A stretch of DNA of 64,000 nt from Christensenellaceae bacterium (GCA_031280685.1 JAITGM010000035.1:107282-171281), one strand, 5' to 3'; counted from the first letter of the stretch, positions 55,312-63,675 are shown. Program-made: numbers and translations. Notes: a model not told the origin generated them from the sequence alone.

Positions 55312-56484
55312 ATGCCCTTTGATTTTGACAGAATCACCCCGCGGAAAGGCACCGCGTCGCTCAAATACGACTTTCACGAGCGCCGAGGCAAGCCGAAGGA
55401 TGCCCTGCCCCTTTGGGTGGCGGATATGGACTTTCCCGCGCCGCCGGCTGTGCTGCAGGCCTTGCGGGCGCGCGTGGGGCACGGTATCTTTGGCTATACC
55501 CAGCCCGGGCCCGAGTATTTCCTTACCCTTAAGCGCTGGTTTTCGGGGCGTTTCGGCTGGGAAGTGGAGGAGGACTGGCTCGTCAGGACGCCAGGGGTCG
55601 TCTTCGCCCTCTCGATGGCGGTGCGTGCCTTCACAAAACCCGGCGAAGCGGTGCTCATCCAGGAGCCCGTTTATTACCCATTCTCAAGCGTGGTGCACAA
55701 AAACGGCAGAAAGCTCGTCGTCAACCAGCTCGCCTTCGACGGCGAGCGCTACTCCATCGACTTTGACGATTTCGAGGGGAAGATCGCCGCCGAAGGCGTG
55801 AAGCTCTTCATCCTTTGCAATCCGCACAACCCGGTCGGCCGGGTTTGGCGCGAGGAGGAACTGCTTCGCCTGGGTGAAATCTGCAAGCAGCACGGCGTTT
55901 TGGTCGTGGCTGACGAAATCCATCAGGACTTCGTTTACGAGGGGCACCGGCACCTCGTTTTTGCGGCGCTAAGGCCCGAATTTTCCTCCTTTAGCCTAAC
56001 CTGCACCGCGCCTACGAAGAGCTTCAACCTGGCAGGCCTGCAGATTTCGAACATCTTCATTCCAAACGGGGAACTGCGCCAAGCCTTTGCGCGGGAAATC
56101 GACGCGACCGGCTATGACGAGCCCAGTCTCATGGGGGTTCTGGCCTGCATGGCTGCCTATGAGCAGGGCGGCCCCTGGCTGGATGAGCTGAAGGCCTATT
56201 TAAAGGGAAATCTCGAGTTTTTGCGGGCCTTCTTGACGAAAATGCCGCAAACGCGGCTCATCGAGCCTGAAGGCAGCTATTTGGTCTGGCTGGACTTTCG
56301 GGCGACGGGTATGGAGGGCGAGAAACTCGACCGTTTCGTGCTCGAGGAAGCCGGTCTTTGGCTCGATGCGGGCGAGATGTTCGGAAAGGGCGGCGAAGGC
56401 TTCCAGCGCGTGAACATCGCCTGCCCGCGTGCCCTGCTGCAAGAGGCGCTTGAGCGCCTTGAAGCCGCCCTACGGCGGCTCTGA
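55312..56484 (+). CDS. patB: MalY/PatB-type C-S lyase (class I/II aminotransferase fold)
   Basis: Start at MPFDFDRITPRKGTASLKYDF (GGAGGA RBS). ...LWVADMDF...NPHNPVGRVW...TKSFNLAGL. Confidence 0.8.
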   Translation: MPFDFDRITPRKGTASLKYDFHERRGKPKDALPLWVADMDFPAPPAVLQALRARVGHGIFGYTQPGPEYFLTLKRWFSGRFGWEVEEDWLVRTPGVVFALSMAVRAFTKPGEAVLIQEPVYYPFSSVVHKNGRKLVVNQLAFDGERYSIDFDDFEGKIAAEGVKLFILCNPHNPVGRVWREEELLRLGEICKQHGVLVVADEIHQDFVYEGHRHLVFAALRPEFSSFSLTCTAPTKSFNLAGLQISNIFIPNGELRQAFAREIDATGYDEPSLMGVLACMAAYEQGGPWLDELKAYLKGNLEFLRAFLTKMPQTRLIEPEGSYLVWLDFRATGMEGEKLDRFVLEEAGLWLDAGEMFGKGGEGFQRVNIACPRALLQEALERLEAALRRL

Positions 56485-56516
56485 CGCCGGCGCGAAAAAC
56501 GAGGAGAGTTTTGCGA

Positions 56517-57046
56517 ATGCCCCTGCCTATTTCCATCGAACTGCATTTTGATCCCCAATCCACGGCCCCAACCCAGGCCTATATCGAACAGGCGGCGGAG
56601 ACCAGCGGGAACGACTACATGCCGCAGCATCGCATTCCCCCGCACTTGACGCTGGCCTTCTTTGGAAACCGACCAATTGGGATTGCCCTCGAGCAGGTCG
56701 TGGCGCGCAAGGGGCTCTTTCGCGCAGAACGGCTCGTTTTCCCCGTGATTGCGGCGTTCGTGCCCAGCATGCTCTTCCTGGTCCCTAAGCAGAGTGAATG
56801 CCTTGCGATGCTCAACCATGAGATTTGCACTGGTTTGGGCGAAATCGCAAGCCCCGCCGACCCGTTTTATTTGCCCAAAAGCTGGGTTCCGCATCGCTCG
56901 ATCGCGGTTCGGCTTGAGTGCGTGCGCTAGGCTCGGCGTTTGCAGCGCTCGCCGGGCGGTTCAGGCCGCTGGCCGCGACGATCGCGAGCGTTTCGGTCAT
57001 CAAATGCGAGCCCTATAGCGAAACGGTTTGGGAGTATAAGCTATGA
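56517..57046 (+). pseudogene. 2H phosphoesterase (LigT-like) gene with a frameshift near 56918-56930
   Basis: Two HxT/S motifs (PPHLTLAF, VPHRSIAV), then a stop at 56930. The C-terminal VRALGSAFAALAGRFRPLAATIASVSVIKCEPYSETVWEYKL continues in another frame to 57046. The junction sits in GTGCGTGCGC. Confidence 0.5.
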
Positions 57047-57218
57047 GATGGCGCGGGAGGCGTCTTGCTCCGCGTCTTTCCGCCGCAGGCTGCCGATCTA
57101 GCCGCAGGCTGCTCTTCTCGCGCGGGCGATGCGCACCCTTCGGCTTTTCAGCGTTGTTACGACGGATCTGCGACCCCGCCTCCTCGGCTGACTTTGGTGT
57201 GGTTCACGCCCCGCAAAA

Positions 57219-57247
57219 CTTGACGCGCCGCGCGCTTTCGATTATGA
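57219..57247 (+). promoter_or_regulatory. sigma-A type promoter upstream of a small ORF and murG
   Basis: TTGACG (57219-57224), 17 nt, TATGAT (57242-57247). Confidence 0.5.
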
Positions 57248-57464
57248 TGGCGGAGGAAAAGCCCATTGTAAGATTGAATGCGCGCGATTTTTTGCGTGTT
57301 TCCGCATCCTTTTGAAGGGAGAAGAGCGCCATGGCGAGCAAGAACAAGACGAGCTTGAACGAGGGGGCGAAGAATGCTGCGGCTTTGCGCGGCATAAGCC
57401 TGTTATTGAAAGGCGGCAACGGCCCTTTGATCCTACTACAAACAGCGTAAAGGAGATTGCGCCA

Positions 57465-58529
57465 TTGAAACGCATCGTGCTCACCGGCGGCGGGACCGCC
57501 GGGCATGTCACCGCAAACCTCGCCCTGATTCCCCATCTGCTGCAGCGGGATTGGGAGATTCACTATATCGGTTCCGAAAACGGCATGGAAAGGGAGCTGG
57601 TTTCGCAGGTGCAAGGCGTGGAATATCACGCCATCGCCACGGGCAAGCTGCGCCGCTATTTTGACTTAAAGAACCTTTCGGATCCCTTCCGGGTCATCAA
57701 GGGCGCGGCGCAGGCGGCTTCCCTTTTGCGCAAGCTGAAGCCTGATTTGGTGTTTTCCAAGGGGGGCTTCGTTTCGGTGCCGGTGGCGCTCGGAGCCTTT
57801 TTCAATGGCGTGCCGCTAATCTGCCATGAATCCGACCTGAGTCCAGGCCTTGCCAACAAGCTTTGCCAGCCCTTTGCCAAGAGGGTTTGCACGGCCTTCC
57901 CAGAAACGGCAAGGCTTTTGAAAAAGGGCGTTTATACGGGCACGCCGCTGCGCGACGAGCTCTTTTTTGGCACTAAAAAAGAAGGGCTGGCCCGCTTTTC
58001 GCTCGATGAAGGCAAGCCGGTTTTAATGGTCACGGGCGGCAGTTCGGGCGCGCTTGCCATCAACAACGCCCTGCGCGAGGCGCTACCATCCCTTTTGCAG
58101 GAATTTCAGGTGCTGCACCTCTGCGGCAAGGGAAACCACTCCGCGCTTTCGATGCGCGGTTACGTAGAGCTTGAATACCTGAGCGACGGCATGGCGGAAG
58201 CCTTCGCCTGCGCGGATCTGCTGGTTTCGCGGGCTGGGGCAAATACGCTCTGCGAGATTTTGGCGCTTCGCAAGCCGAATTTGCTGATCCCTTACCCGAA
58301 GGGATCAACGAGCAGGGGCGACCAAATCGAAAACGCGGCTTCGTTCGAGCAGCGCGGCCTTTCGATGGTGCTGCGGCAAGACGAGCTCAGCGCCGAAACC
58401 CTGGCCGCCGGGGTAAGGGCCCTTTATGCGGGGCGCGAAGGCTTCATCAACGCGATGTGCCGCGAACCCTCGGGCAACGGGCTGAACGCCGTGCTTGAGA
58501 TCATTGAAGAGAGCGCCAAGAAAAGGTAG
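57465..58529 (+). CDS. murG: UDP-N-acetylglucosamine--N-acetylmuramyl-(pentapeptide) pyrophosphoryl-undecaprenol N-acetylglucosamine transferase
   Basis: TTG start 9 nt after AAGGAG. KRIVLTGGGTAGHV, ...HESD..PGLANK..., ...RAGA.T..E. 354 aa. Confidence 0.9.
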   Translation: MKRIVLTGGGTAGHVTANLALIPHLLQRDWEIHYIGSENGMERELVSQVQGVEYHAIATGKLRRYFDLKNLSDPFRVIKGAAQAASLLRKLKPDLVFSKGGFVSVPVALGAFFNGVPLICHESDLSPGLANKLCQPFAKRVCTAFPETARLLKKGVYTGTPLRDELFFGTKKEGLARFSLDEGKPVLMVTGGSSGALAINNALREALPSLLQEFQVLHLCGKGNHSALSMRGYVELEYLSDGMAEAFACADLLVSRAGANTLCEILALRKPNLLIPYPKGSTSRGDQIENAASFEQRGLSMVLRQDELSAETLAAGVRALYAGREGFINAMCREPSGNGLNAVLEIIEESAKKR

Positions 58530-58625
58530 AGGCGAAGGAGAAAAGGGCTTGCACGGCCAAATCGAGCGAGACGCCGCGTATTTGCGCCGCCTGAAGGGTT
58601 TCATCTAAAAAGAATACGGGATTAA

Positions 58626-58964
58626 TCGAGCGGGAGGACTTTTTCGACCAGCCGTGCGGAGTTCTTCTTTCAGCAATGGAACGGCTTGCGGGAAAACCCG
58701 CGCGATGGGGCGACTGCCCGCATAGACGCGCTTTCTTCAAGGAACCGATCAAGGATCCTGGGGCGGGCCGGAAGGCTTGCCCTATTTTCTTGCCGCTGCA
58801 AGGGCGAGGATGCCGACTTTTGCATCACCCACGGCGATGCCGGGGGGCAATGTCGTCACAAACGGAAAGCGGCACTTCCTCGTGGATTGGGACGCGCCGC
58901 AATCGAAGAGTATTTTGACTGTTGGATTGAAGACGATCTTCGCTTTGCCGACCAACTGCCCTGA
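58626..58964 (+). pseudogene. remnant of an APH/choline-kinase-type phosphotransferase gene
   Basis: The catalytic-loop text is spread over two frames: ...GEDADFCITHGDAGG then NVVTNGKRHFLVDWDAP, then back to AAIEEYFDCWIEDDLRFADQLP*. There is no intact N-terminal lobe, RBS or start. The frame switch lies in a G-run (58843-58848). Confidence 0.45.
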
Positions 58965-59050
58965 AGCGCGAAAAGAGTGCGGGGACGGAAAGGTTCTGCC
59001 CGCCCCCATGCCGTATGATGGAAGCATCCTAAAGGGAAGGGGGAAGGGCG

Positions 59051-60364
59051 ATGGGGGCAAGCGAAATCATTCGCTGGAGCCTGGACTTCATCGAAAGCAC
59101 ACTTAAGGCCGAAATCAGCCCGCGGGAGCTGGCCGAAAGGGCGGGCTATTCCCTGCGGCAGTTCGGCGGCCTGTTTTTGCGGGCAACGGGTTTGCCGCCG
59201 AAGAGCTACATCGTAAAAAGGCGGCTTTACCATGCCATCATTGAGATTTCGGCCGGGCGCACGGCTGCCGACGTGGCCGCGGAATACGGCTTTGGCAGCT
59301 ACGCTGGGTTTTACAAGGCCTTCGTCCGGGGCTATGGTTGCTCCCCAAGGCGCTTCCTCGCCCTATATGGGAAAGTTGCGCCAAAGGAGGAAGACAAGAT
59401 GGAAAAGAAGGCATTGAGCGAGGCAGAGCTGCGCGCGGCATTGGCGAGTTGGGGGCTTGCACAAGATCTGCCCATTCGGGAAGTGATGGTTATGGGCGGC
59501 ACAAAAGCCGCCGGCGATGTTTGGGCGATCGGGAAGGAATACATCTTGAAGGCGGGGGACAGGGAAAGGCTGCAAAGAGGCCTTTTCATCGCAAACGCGC
59601 TGAAAGCGCATGGATTTTTGGCGGTGATTCCGATCAAAACCAGCGATGGCGCGGAAATGACCGAGGGGAAGCCCGCTTTCACCCTTACGCGAAAGCTGAA
59701 GGGGATGCCGCTTTCGCCAGCCAAGCGACTTGGCACCGGCCGGGAGGGCTATGGCGAGGAGTATGGGCGAGGGCTGGCGAAGCTCCATCTTGCCTTGGCT
59801 GCCATCGAGGAGGAGATTCAGCCCATGGAAGAGGATCTGGCCAAGCAGCTCACGGGTTGGGCGCTGCCCGCGCTCCGCCTGCAAAACGAGCAATGGAAGA
59901 TGGGGCTAAACGATGGCTTTTTCGAAGGCTTCGCCGCCGAAATTGGCGAATCCCTCCCCGCCCTGCCAAAGCAGCTCATTCACCGCGACCCGAACCCGGG
60001 TAATCTCCTCTTTGAGAAAGGGAAGCTGAGCGGCTTTATCGACTTTGAACTTAGCGTGCGGGGAATCAGGCTTTGGGATCCTTGCTATTGCGCCACTGGG
60101 ATCTTGAGTGAAGCCGAGAGCCTGCCGGAGGCGGAAAGGGGCTGGATTGAGCTTTTGCGTGGGATCTTGCACGGCTATGACGAGATAAACCCACTGACCG
60201 CAGCCGAAAAGCGCTCGGTCTTCCCCGTGCTGTGTTCCATTCAGGCGATTTGCATCAGCTACTTCGAAAGCCGGGAGGAATTCAGGGAGCTTGCGAAGAA
60301 AAGCAGGGAAATGCTGCGCTTCATCGTAGGCGTTGAGGAAAAAATCCGGCAAATTCCCTCTTAA
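59051..60364 (+). CDS. fusion protein: N-terminal AraC-type HTH domain plus C-terminal APH-like phosphotransferase (kinase-fold) domain
   Basis: 437 aa. HTH_18-like ISPRELAERAGYSLRQFGGLF....G..PKSYIVKRRL..A...I....T..DVAAEYGFGSYAGFYKAF....G.SPR.F; then ...VWAIGKEYILKAG... and the catalytic loop LIHRDPNPGNLLF...GFIDFE. Confidence 0.75.
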   Translation: MGASEIIRWSLDFIESTLKAEISPRELAERAGYSLRQFGGLFLRATGLPPKSYIVKRRLYHAIIEISAGRTAADVAAEYGFGSYAGFYKAFVRGYGCSPRRFLALYGKVAPKEEDKMEKKALSEAELRAALASWGLAQDLPIREVMVMGGTKAAGDVWAIGKEYILKAGDRERLQRGLFIANALKAHGFLAVIPIKTSDGAEMTEGKPAFTLTRKLKGMPLSPAKRLGTGREGYGEEYGRGLAKLHLALAAIEEEIQPMEEDLAKQLTGWALPALRLQNEQWKMGLNDGFFEGFAAEIGESLPALPKQLIHRDPNPGNLLFEKGKLSGFIDFELSVRGIRLWDPCYCATGILSEAESLPEAERGWIELLRGILHGYDEINPLTAAEKRSVFPVLCSIQAICISYFESREEFRELAKKSREMLRFIVGVEEKIRQIPS

Positions 60365-60481
60365 ACCGAGAAGTTTTGGGCTATGGGCGCGCTCGGAATT
60401 GACTTCCGGGCGCGCTTCTTGTATCATAATGAGTGAACTTTTGCGCGATGCTTTTGAGTTTTGCCGTGGAGGAAAAATGTA

Positions 60482-61018
60482 TTGAACCTGCCAAACGCGC
60501 TAACGGTTTTGAGGCTTTTGCTAGTGCCCGTGGTGCCGATCCTGTTCGCCCGCGCGGAACTCCTCTGGGCGCTTTTCGTGTTCCTGCTGGCCTCGCTGAC
60601 CGACCTGCTCGACGGCTACCTGGCAAGGAGGCTGAACCAGATCACGACCTTTGGCCAGCTTTGCGATCCCCTGGCCGATAAGCTCATGCTCATCGCCGTG
60701 CTGGCGAGCCTATATTGGGTGGGAAACATCCCGCTTTGGCTGGCGATTGCGACCATCGTGAAGGAACTCACCATGATCGTGGCGGCTTCGCTGCTCTATC
60801 ACGAAGGCGGCGTAATCCCGGCGAACTGGTTAGGCAAGGCCGCGACCATTGCCTTTTTACCGGCCGTGCTCTCGGCTTTTTTTGCAGCGTATTTGGCTCC
60901 GTGGCACATCGTACTGCTCGCGCTGGCGACCCTGTTGGCTTACGTGGCTATGACGCAGTATGGCATCCTGTTTTTAAAGCTCATGCGGCGAAAAAGGGGC
61001 GGCGATCATGGCGCTTGA
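60482..61018 (+). CDS. pgsA: CDP-diacylglycerol--glycerol-3-phosphate 3-phosphatidyltransferase
   Basis: TTG start (MNLPNALTVLRL) 8 nt after GGAGG. CDP-alcohol phosphatidyltransferase motif DLLDGYLARRLNQITTFGQLCDPLADK. Confidence 0.88.
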   Translation: MNLPNALTVLRLLLVPVVPILFARAELLWALFVFLLASLTDLLDGYLARRLNQITTFGQLCDPLADKLMLIAVLASLYWVGNIPLWLAIATIVKELTMIVAASLLYHEGGVIPANWLGKAATIAFLPAVLSAFFAAYLAPWHIVLLALATLLAYVAMTQYGILFLKLMRRKRGGDHGA

Positions 61019-61514
61019 GATCCGCGCGCCGCTGGAAAGGGAGCTTTTTGACCTGCCAAATCTTTATTTAAGATGCTGGCAGAGCACTTACCGAGGGATA
61101 TTCCCCCAAAACTACTTGGACTCCCTGACGCAAGGCGATATGCAGGAAGAATACTTGGGTGAAGAAAACGCACCGAACACCAAGGTGCTGGTCGCTCTGG
61201 ACGACGGAAAAATGGCCGGCGTTTCGACCTACGGCCCACCGCGCGAGGAGATGCCGCCTGGGTATGGGGAACTGAAATCGATCTATCTGCTGCCCGAGCA
61301 TCGGGGCAAGGGAATTGGCCAGGCCTTGCTGCACCGGGTTTTGCAGGCCCTGCGGAATGAGGGCTATTTTTGGGCCTTTCTTTATGTGCTTGAAGAAAAC
61401 CGCGGGGCAAGGCGCTTTTATGAGCGAGAGGGCTTTTGCGCTAAGGGGGAACGGCACCTATTTGAAATCGAGGGCGAGCGCCTTTTTGATTTGACCTATG
61501 AAACCAAACTATAG
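61008..61514 (+). CDS. GNAT family N-acetyltransferase
   Basis: 168 aa. LLPEHRGKGIGQALLHRVLQALRNEGY...NRGARRFYEREGF. Confidence 0.8.
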   Translation: MALEIRAPLERELFDLPNLYLRCWQSTYRGIFPQNYLDSLTQGDMQEEYLGEENAPNTKVLVALDDGKMAGVSTYGPPREEMPPGYGELKSIYLLPEHRGKGIGQALLHRVLQALRNEGYFWAFLYVLEENRGARRFYEREGFCAKGERHLFEIEGERLFDLTYETKL

Positions 61515-61549
61515 AACCCGGCAATGACCGGAGCCGAAGGGAGAGCGCT

Positions 61550-62761
61550 ATGAAAAAGAGAAAACGGGGCTTGTTGATCGGGTTGTGCGTGGGCGTTGGG
61601 CTGCTGCTCGCATGCGGCATCACAGTCTTTGCCTTCGCAAACTACATTCAAAATCCCGAAAACGCTTTCAGCGAGCTGGAAATTCGGGCGACACCAACGC
61701 CGGAGCTTACCGCCGAGCCAACAATAGCCCCTTTGGCATCTTCCACGCCGGAGGCAACCGCTACGCCGGATCCTCCAGAAACCCCGCCGGACTACGAATT
61801 CGAAAAAAAGCGCATCAATATCTTGCTGTTGGGCGCGGATTCTTCGGTGGAGCGCGTAGAGGCTGGCTTGAACTTCAGAACGGATACGATGATCCTCGTT
61901 TCGGTAAACTTCACCGATAAAAAAGTTGATATGATCTCGATCCCCAGGGATAGCTATGTACGCATCAACGGCGGCAACACGCGCAATAAGATCAACGCAG
62001 CCTTCACCTTCGGCGGAGGAGCCAAAAAGGATGGCTACCAGTACGCGATGAACACCGTCAAGGAAGTCTTGGGCGTGCAGGTCGATTATTACGTCGGCTT
62101 TGGCATGAATGTGGTCAAAAAGGTTGTGGACGCGGCGGGCGGCGTGGATTACGATGTAGACATCGCCTTCACCATGAACGGCCGCAGGCTGGAAAAAGGC
62201 CTGCAGCACTTAGACGGCCAGCAAGTGCTCGACTACTGTCGCTTCCGCCACAGCGGACGGGGGGATGTGGATCGTGTCGAGCGTCAGCAAAAGATTCTCT
62301 TCGCACTATTCGAGCAGATGCTGAGCACGAAGCAGATCATGAACATCCCCAAGATCTATCAGGCTGTGCAGGAGGAGATCGACACCAACCTGGACTTCAC
62401 TCAAATCGCCACGCTTGCCTATTTCGCAAAGGATCTTTCTATGGCGGATCTTCAGCGCTACATGCTGCCAGGCGATGGCCGCTATATCGGCACGACCTCG
62501 TACTATATCATCTACCAGGAACAAAAAAACAAGATGGTGAAGGAAATCTTCGGTATTGAGGGCCCCTTTGACTCCTCCATGACCTTAGCTGCCATCGAAA
62601 GCGCCTATTTAGCCTCGCATCCGGAGCAAGACCCCGAGGCATCTTCGCCGGGTGCGGAAGGAGAGCCAGAAAATCCCGGCGCTATGCCGCCGCCAGATGA
62701 TGGCTACATCTTCGAACCGGATCCGCCTGAAGAGGGCGGCCAAGGGGGTATAGCGAATTAA
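61550..62761 (+). CDS. LytR-CpsA-Psr (LCP) family cell-envelope phosphotransferase
   Basis: 403 aa. TM anchor, INILLLGADS....R.DTMILVS......K.DMISIPRDSYV, ...LDGQQVLDYCRFRH...GD.DR..RQQ. Acidic Pro-rich tail. Confidence 0.88.
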   Translation: MKKRKRGLLIGLCVGVGLLLACGITVFAFANYIQNPENAFSELEIRATPTPELTAEPTIAPLASSTPEATATPDPPETPPDYEFEKKRINILLLGADSSVERVEAGLNFRTDTMILVSVNFTDKKVDMISIPRDSYVRINGGNTRNKINAAFTFGGGAKKDGYQYAMNTVKEVLGVQVDYYVGFGMNVVKKVVDAAGGVDYDVDIAFTMNGRRLEKGLQHLDGQQVLDYCRFRHSGRGDVDRVERQQKILFALFEQMLSTKQIMNIPKIYQAVQEEIDTNLDFTQIATLAYFAKDLSMADLQRYMLPGDGRYIGTTSYYIIYQEQKNKMVKEIFGIEGPFDSSMTLAAIESAYLASHPEQDPEASSPGAEGEPENPGAMPPPDDGYIFEPDPPEEGGQGGIAN

Positions 62762-62775
62762 CTAGGCTGTTGAGC

Positions 62776-62819
62776 GATTCTGCGCCCGAGATCCCTCTCT
62801 GGCGCAGAATCCTGTTTTT
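62776..62819 (+). terminator. intrinsic terminator after the LCP gene
   Basis: GATTCTGCGCC / GGCGCAGAATC 11-bp stem followed by CTGTTTTT. Confidence 0.75.
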
Positions 62820-62877
62820 AGCGAAAATTAGCCTTTTTTTCGCTCCTTGATAAATGAAAAGGGTTAGAAAAAAGACC

Positions 62878-62906
62878 TTGACAAACCATTTTTGCTTGGG
62901 TATAAT
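62878..62906 (+). promoter_or_regulatory. consensus sigma-A promoter of the tRNA cluster
   Basis: TTGACA (62878-62883), 17 nt, TATAAT (62901-62906), with an A-rich UP-like tract upstream. Confidence 0.75.
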
Positions 62907-62938
62907 ATCGCTTGTCGTTGTGTTGAAGACGCGCGCTG

Positions 62939-63014
62939 GGGAGCATAGCTCAGCTGGGAGAGCACTTGCCTTACAAGCAAGGGGTCACAGGTTCGAGCCC
63001 TGTTGTTCCCACCA
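62939..63014 (+). tRNA. tRNA-Val (anticodon TAC), CCA encoded
   Basis: Hand-folded cloverleaf: acceptor GGGAGCA/TGTTCCC, anticodon loop CTTACAA, T-arm ACAGG-TTCGAGC-CCTGT, 3' ACCA. Confidence 0.9.
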
Positions 63015-63019
63015 AATGT

Positions 63020-63096
63020 GGCCCGGTAGTTCAGTTGGTTAGAATGCCAGCCTGTCACGCTGGAGGTCGAGGGTTCGAGCCCCTTCCGGGTCGCCA
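63020..63096 (+). tRNA. tRNA-Asp (anticodon GTC), CCA encoded
   Basis: Acceptor GGCCCGG/CCGGGTC, anticodon stem-loop CCAGC-CTGTCAC-GCTGG, T-arm GAGGG-TTCGAGC-CCCTT, 3' GCCA. Confidence 0.9.
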
Positions 63097-63101
63097 AATA
63101 A

Positions 63102-63177
63102 GCCTGGGTAGCTCAGTTGGTAGAGCAACAGACTGAAAATCTGTGTGTCGATGGTTCAATTCCGTCCCTAGGCACCA
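63102..63177 (+). tRNA. tRNA-Phe (anticodon GAA), CCA encoded
   Basis: Acceptor GCCTGGG/CCTAGGC, anticodon stem-loop ACAGA-CTGAAAA-TCTGT, T-loop TTCAATT, 3' ACCA. Confidence 0.9.
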
Positions 63178-63182
63178 TGTAT

Positions 63183-63257
63183 GCGGTAGTAGCTCAGTGG
63201 TAGAGTGCCACCTTGCCAAGGTGGATGTCGCGAGTTCGAATCTCGTCTACCGCTCCA
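63183..63257 (+). tRNA. tRNA-Gly (anticodon GCC), CCA encoded
   Basis: Acceptor GCGGTAG/CTACCGC, anticodon stem-loop CCACC-TTGCCAA-GGTGG, T-arm GCGAG-TTCGAAT-CTCGT, 3' TCCA. Confidence 0.9.
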
Positions 63258-63316
63258 AAAGGCAGAGGATTGCCCGCGTTGTTTTTACGTGGGCAATCTA
63301 AATCTTGATAAAAAAC

Positions 63317-63390
63317 GGTGCCATGGCCAAGTGGTAAGGCAAAGGTCTGCAAAACCTTCACCGCCGGTTCAAATCCGGCTGGCACCTCCA
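63317..63390 (+). tRNA. tRNA-Cys (anticodon GCA), CCA encoded
   Basis: Acceptor GGTGCCA/TGGCACC, anticodon stem-loop AAGGT-CTGCAAA-ACCTT, T-arm GCCGG-TTCAAAT-CCGGC, 3' TCCA. Confidence 0.9.
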
Positions 63391-63394
63391 CATC

Positions 63395-63474
63395 GCCGCG
63401 AGCTGAGTTAAAGTTCGCGGCGTTTGATTTCCTTTTCGCCTTCGCCGCGAACCAGGCTGGTTCGCGGCGTTTTT
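63395..63474 (+). terminator. two successive terminator hairpins sharing the same stem sequence after tRNA-Cys
   Basis: CGCCGCGA...TCGCGGCG (63395-63422) followed by TTTGATTT. CGCCGCGAACCA/TGGTTCGCGGCG (63443-63469) followed by TTTTT. Confidence 0.75.
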
Positions 63475-63611
63475 GGCAGACGGGGGAGCGACTTCATTGC
63501 GGCATAAGACAAGAGCGTGCTTCGTGTCAACCTTTGCTGGGAGAGCGAATCATTATGAGCGGTCATTCGCAGTGAATGAATAGAAAAAACGCTGTTGTTT
63601 TACAAAAACTA

Positions 63612-63640
63612 TTGAAAATATAGGCAAAGCAACGTATAAT
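63612..63640 (+). promoter_or_regulatory. sigma-A type promoter in the AT-rich spacer upstream of cas3
   Basis: TTGAAA (63612-63617), 17 nt, TATAAT (63635-63640). Confidence 0.55.
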
Positions 63641-63675
63641 AAAATATATAATGAAGTGAAGCGAGGACGAAGAGC

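Noticed and set aside
57082-57112. 12-nt direct repeat GCCGCAGGCTGC occurring twice with a 7-nt spacer
   Set aside because: Two copies of a short GC-rich word are too little to call a repeat element or operator. I found no further copies and no associated gene logic.
57043-57315. 90-aa Arg-rich plus-strand ORF after the 2H phosphoesterase gene
   Set aside because: Its start overlaps the true C-terminal frame of the phosphoesterase. Its composition is off-frame-like, and it runs through a predicted promoter.
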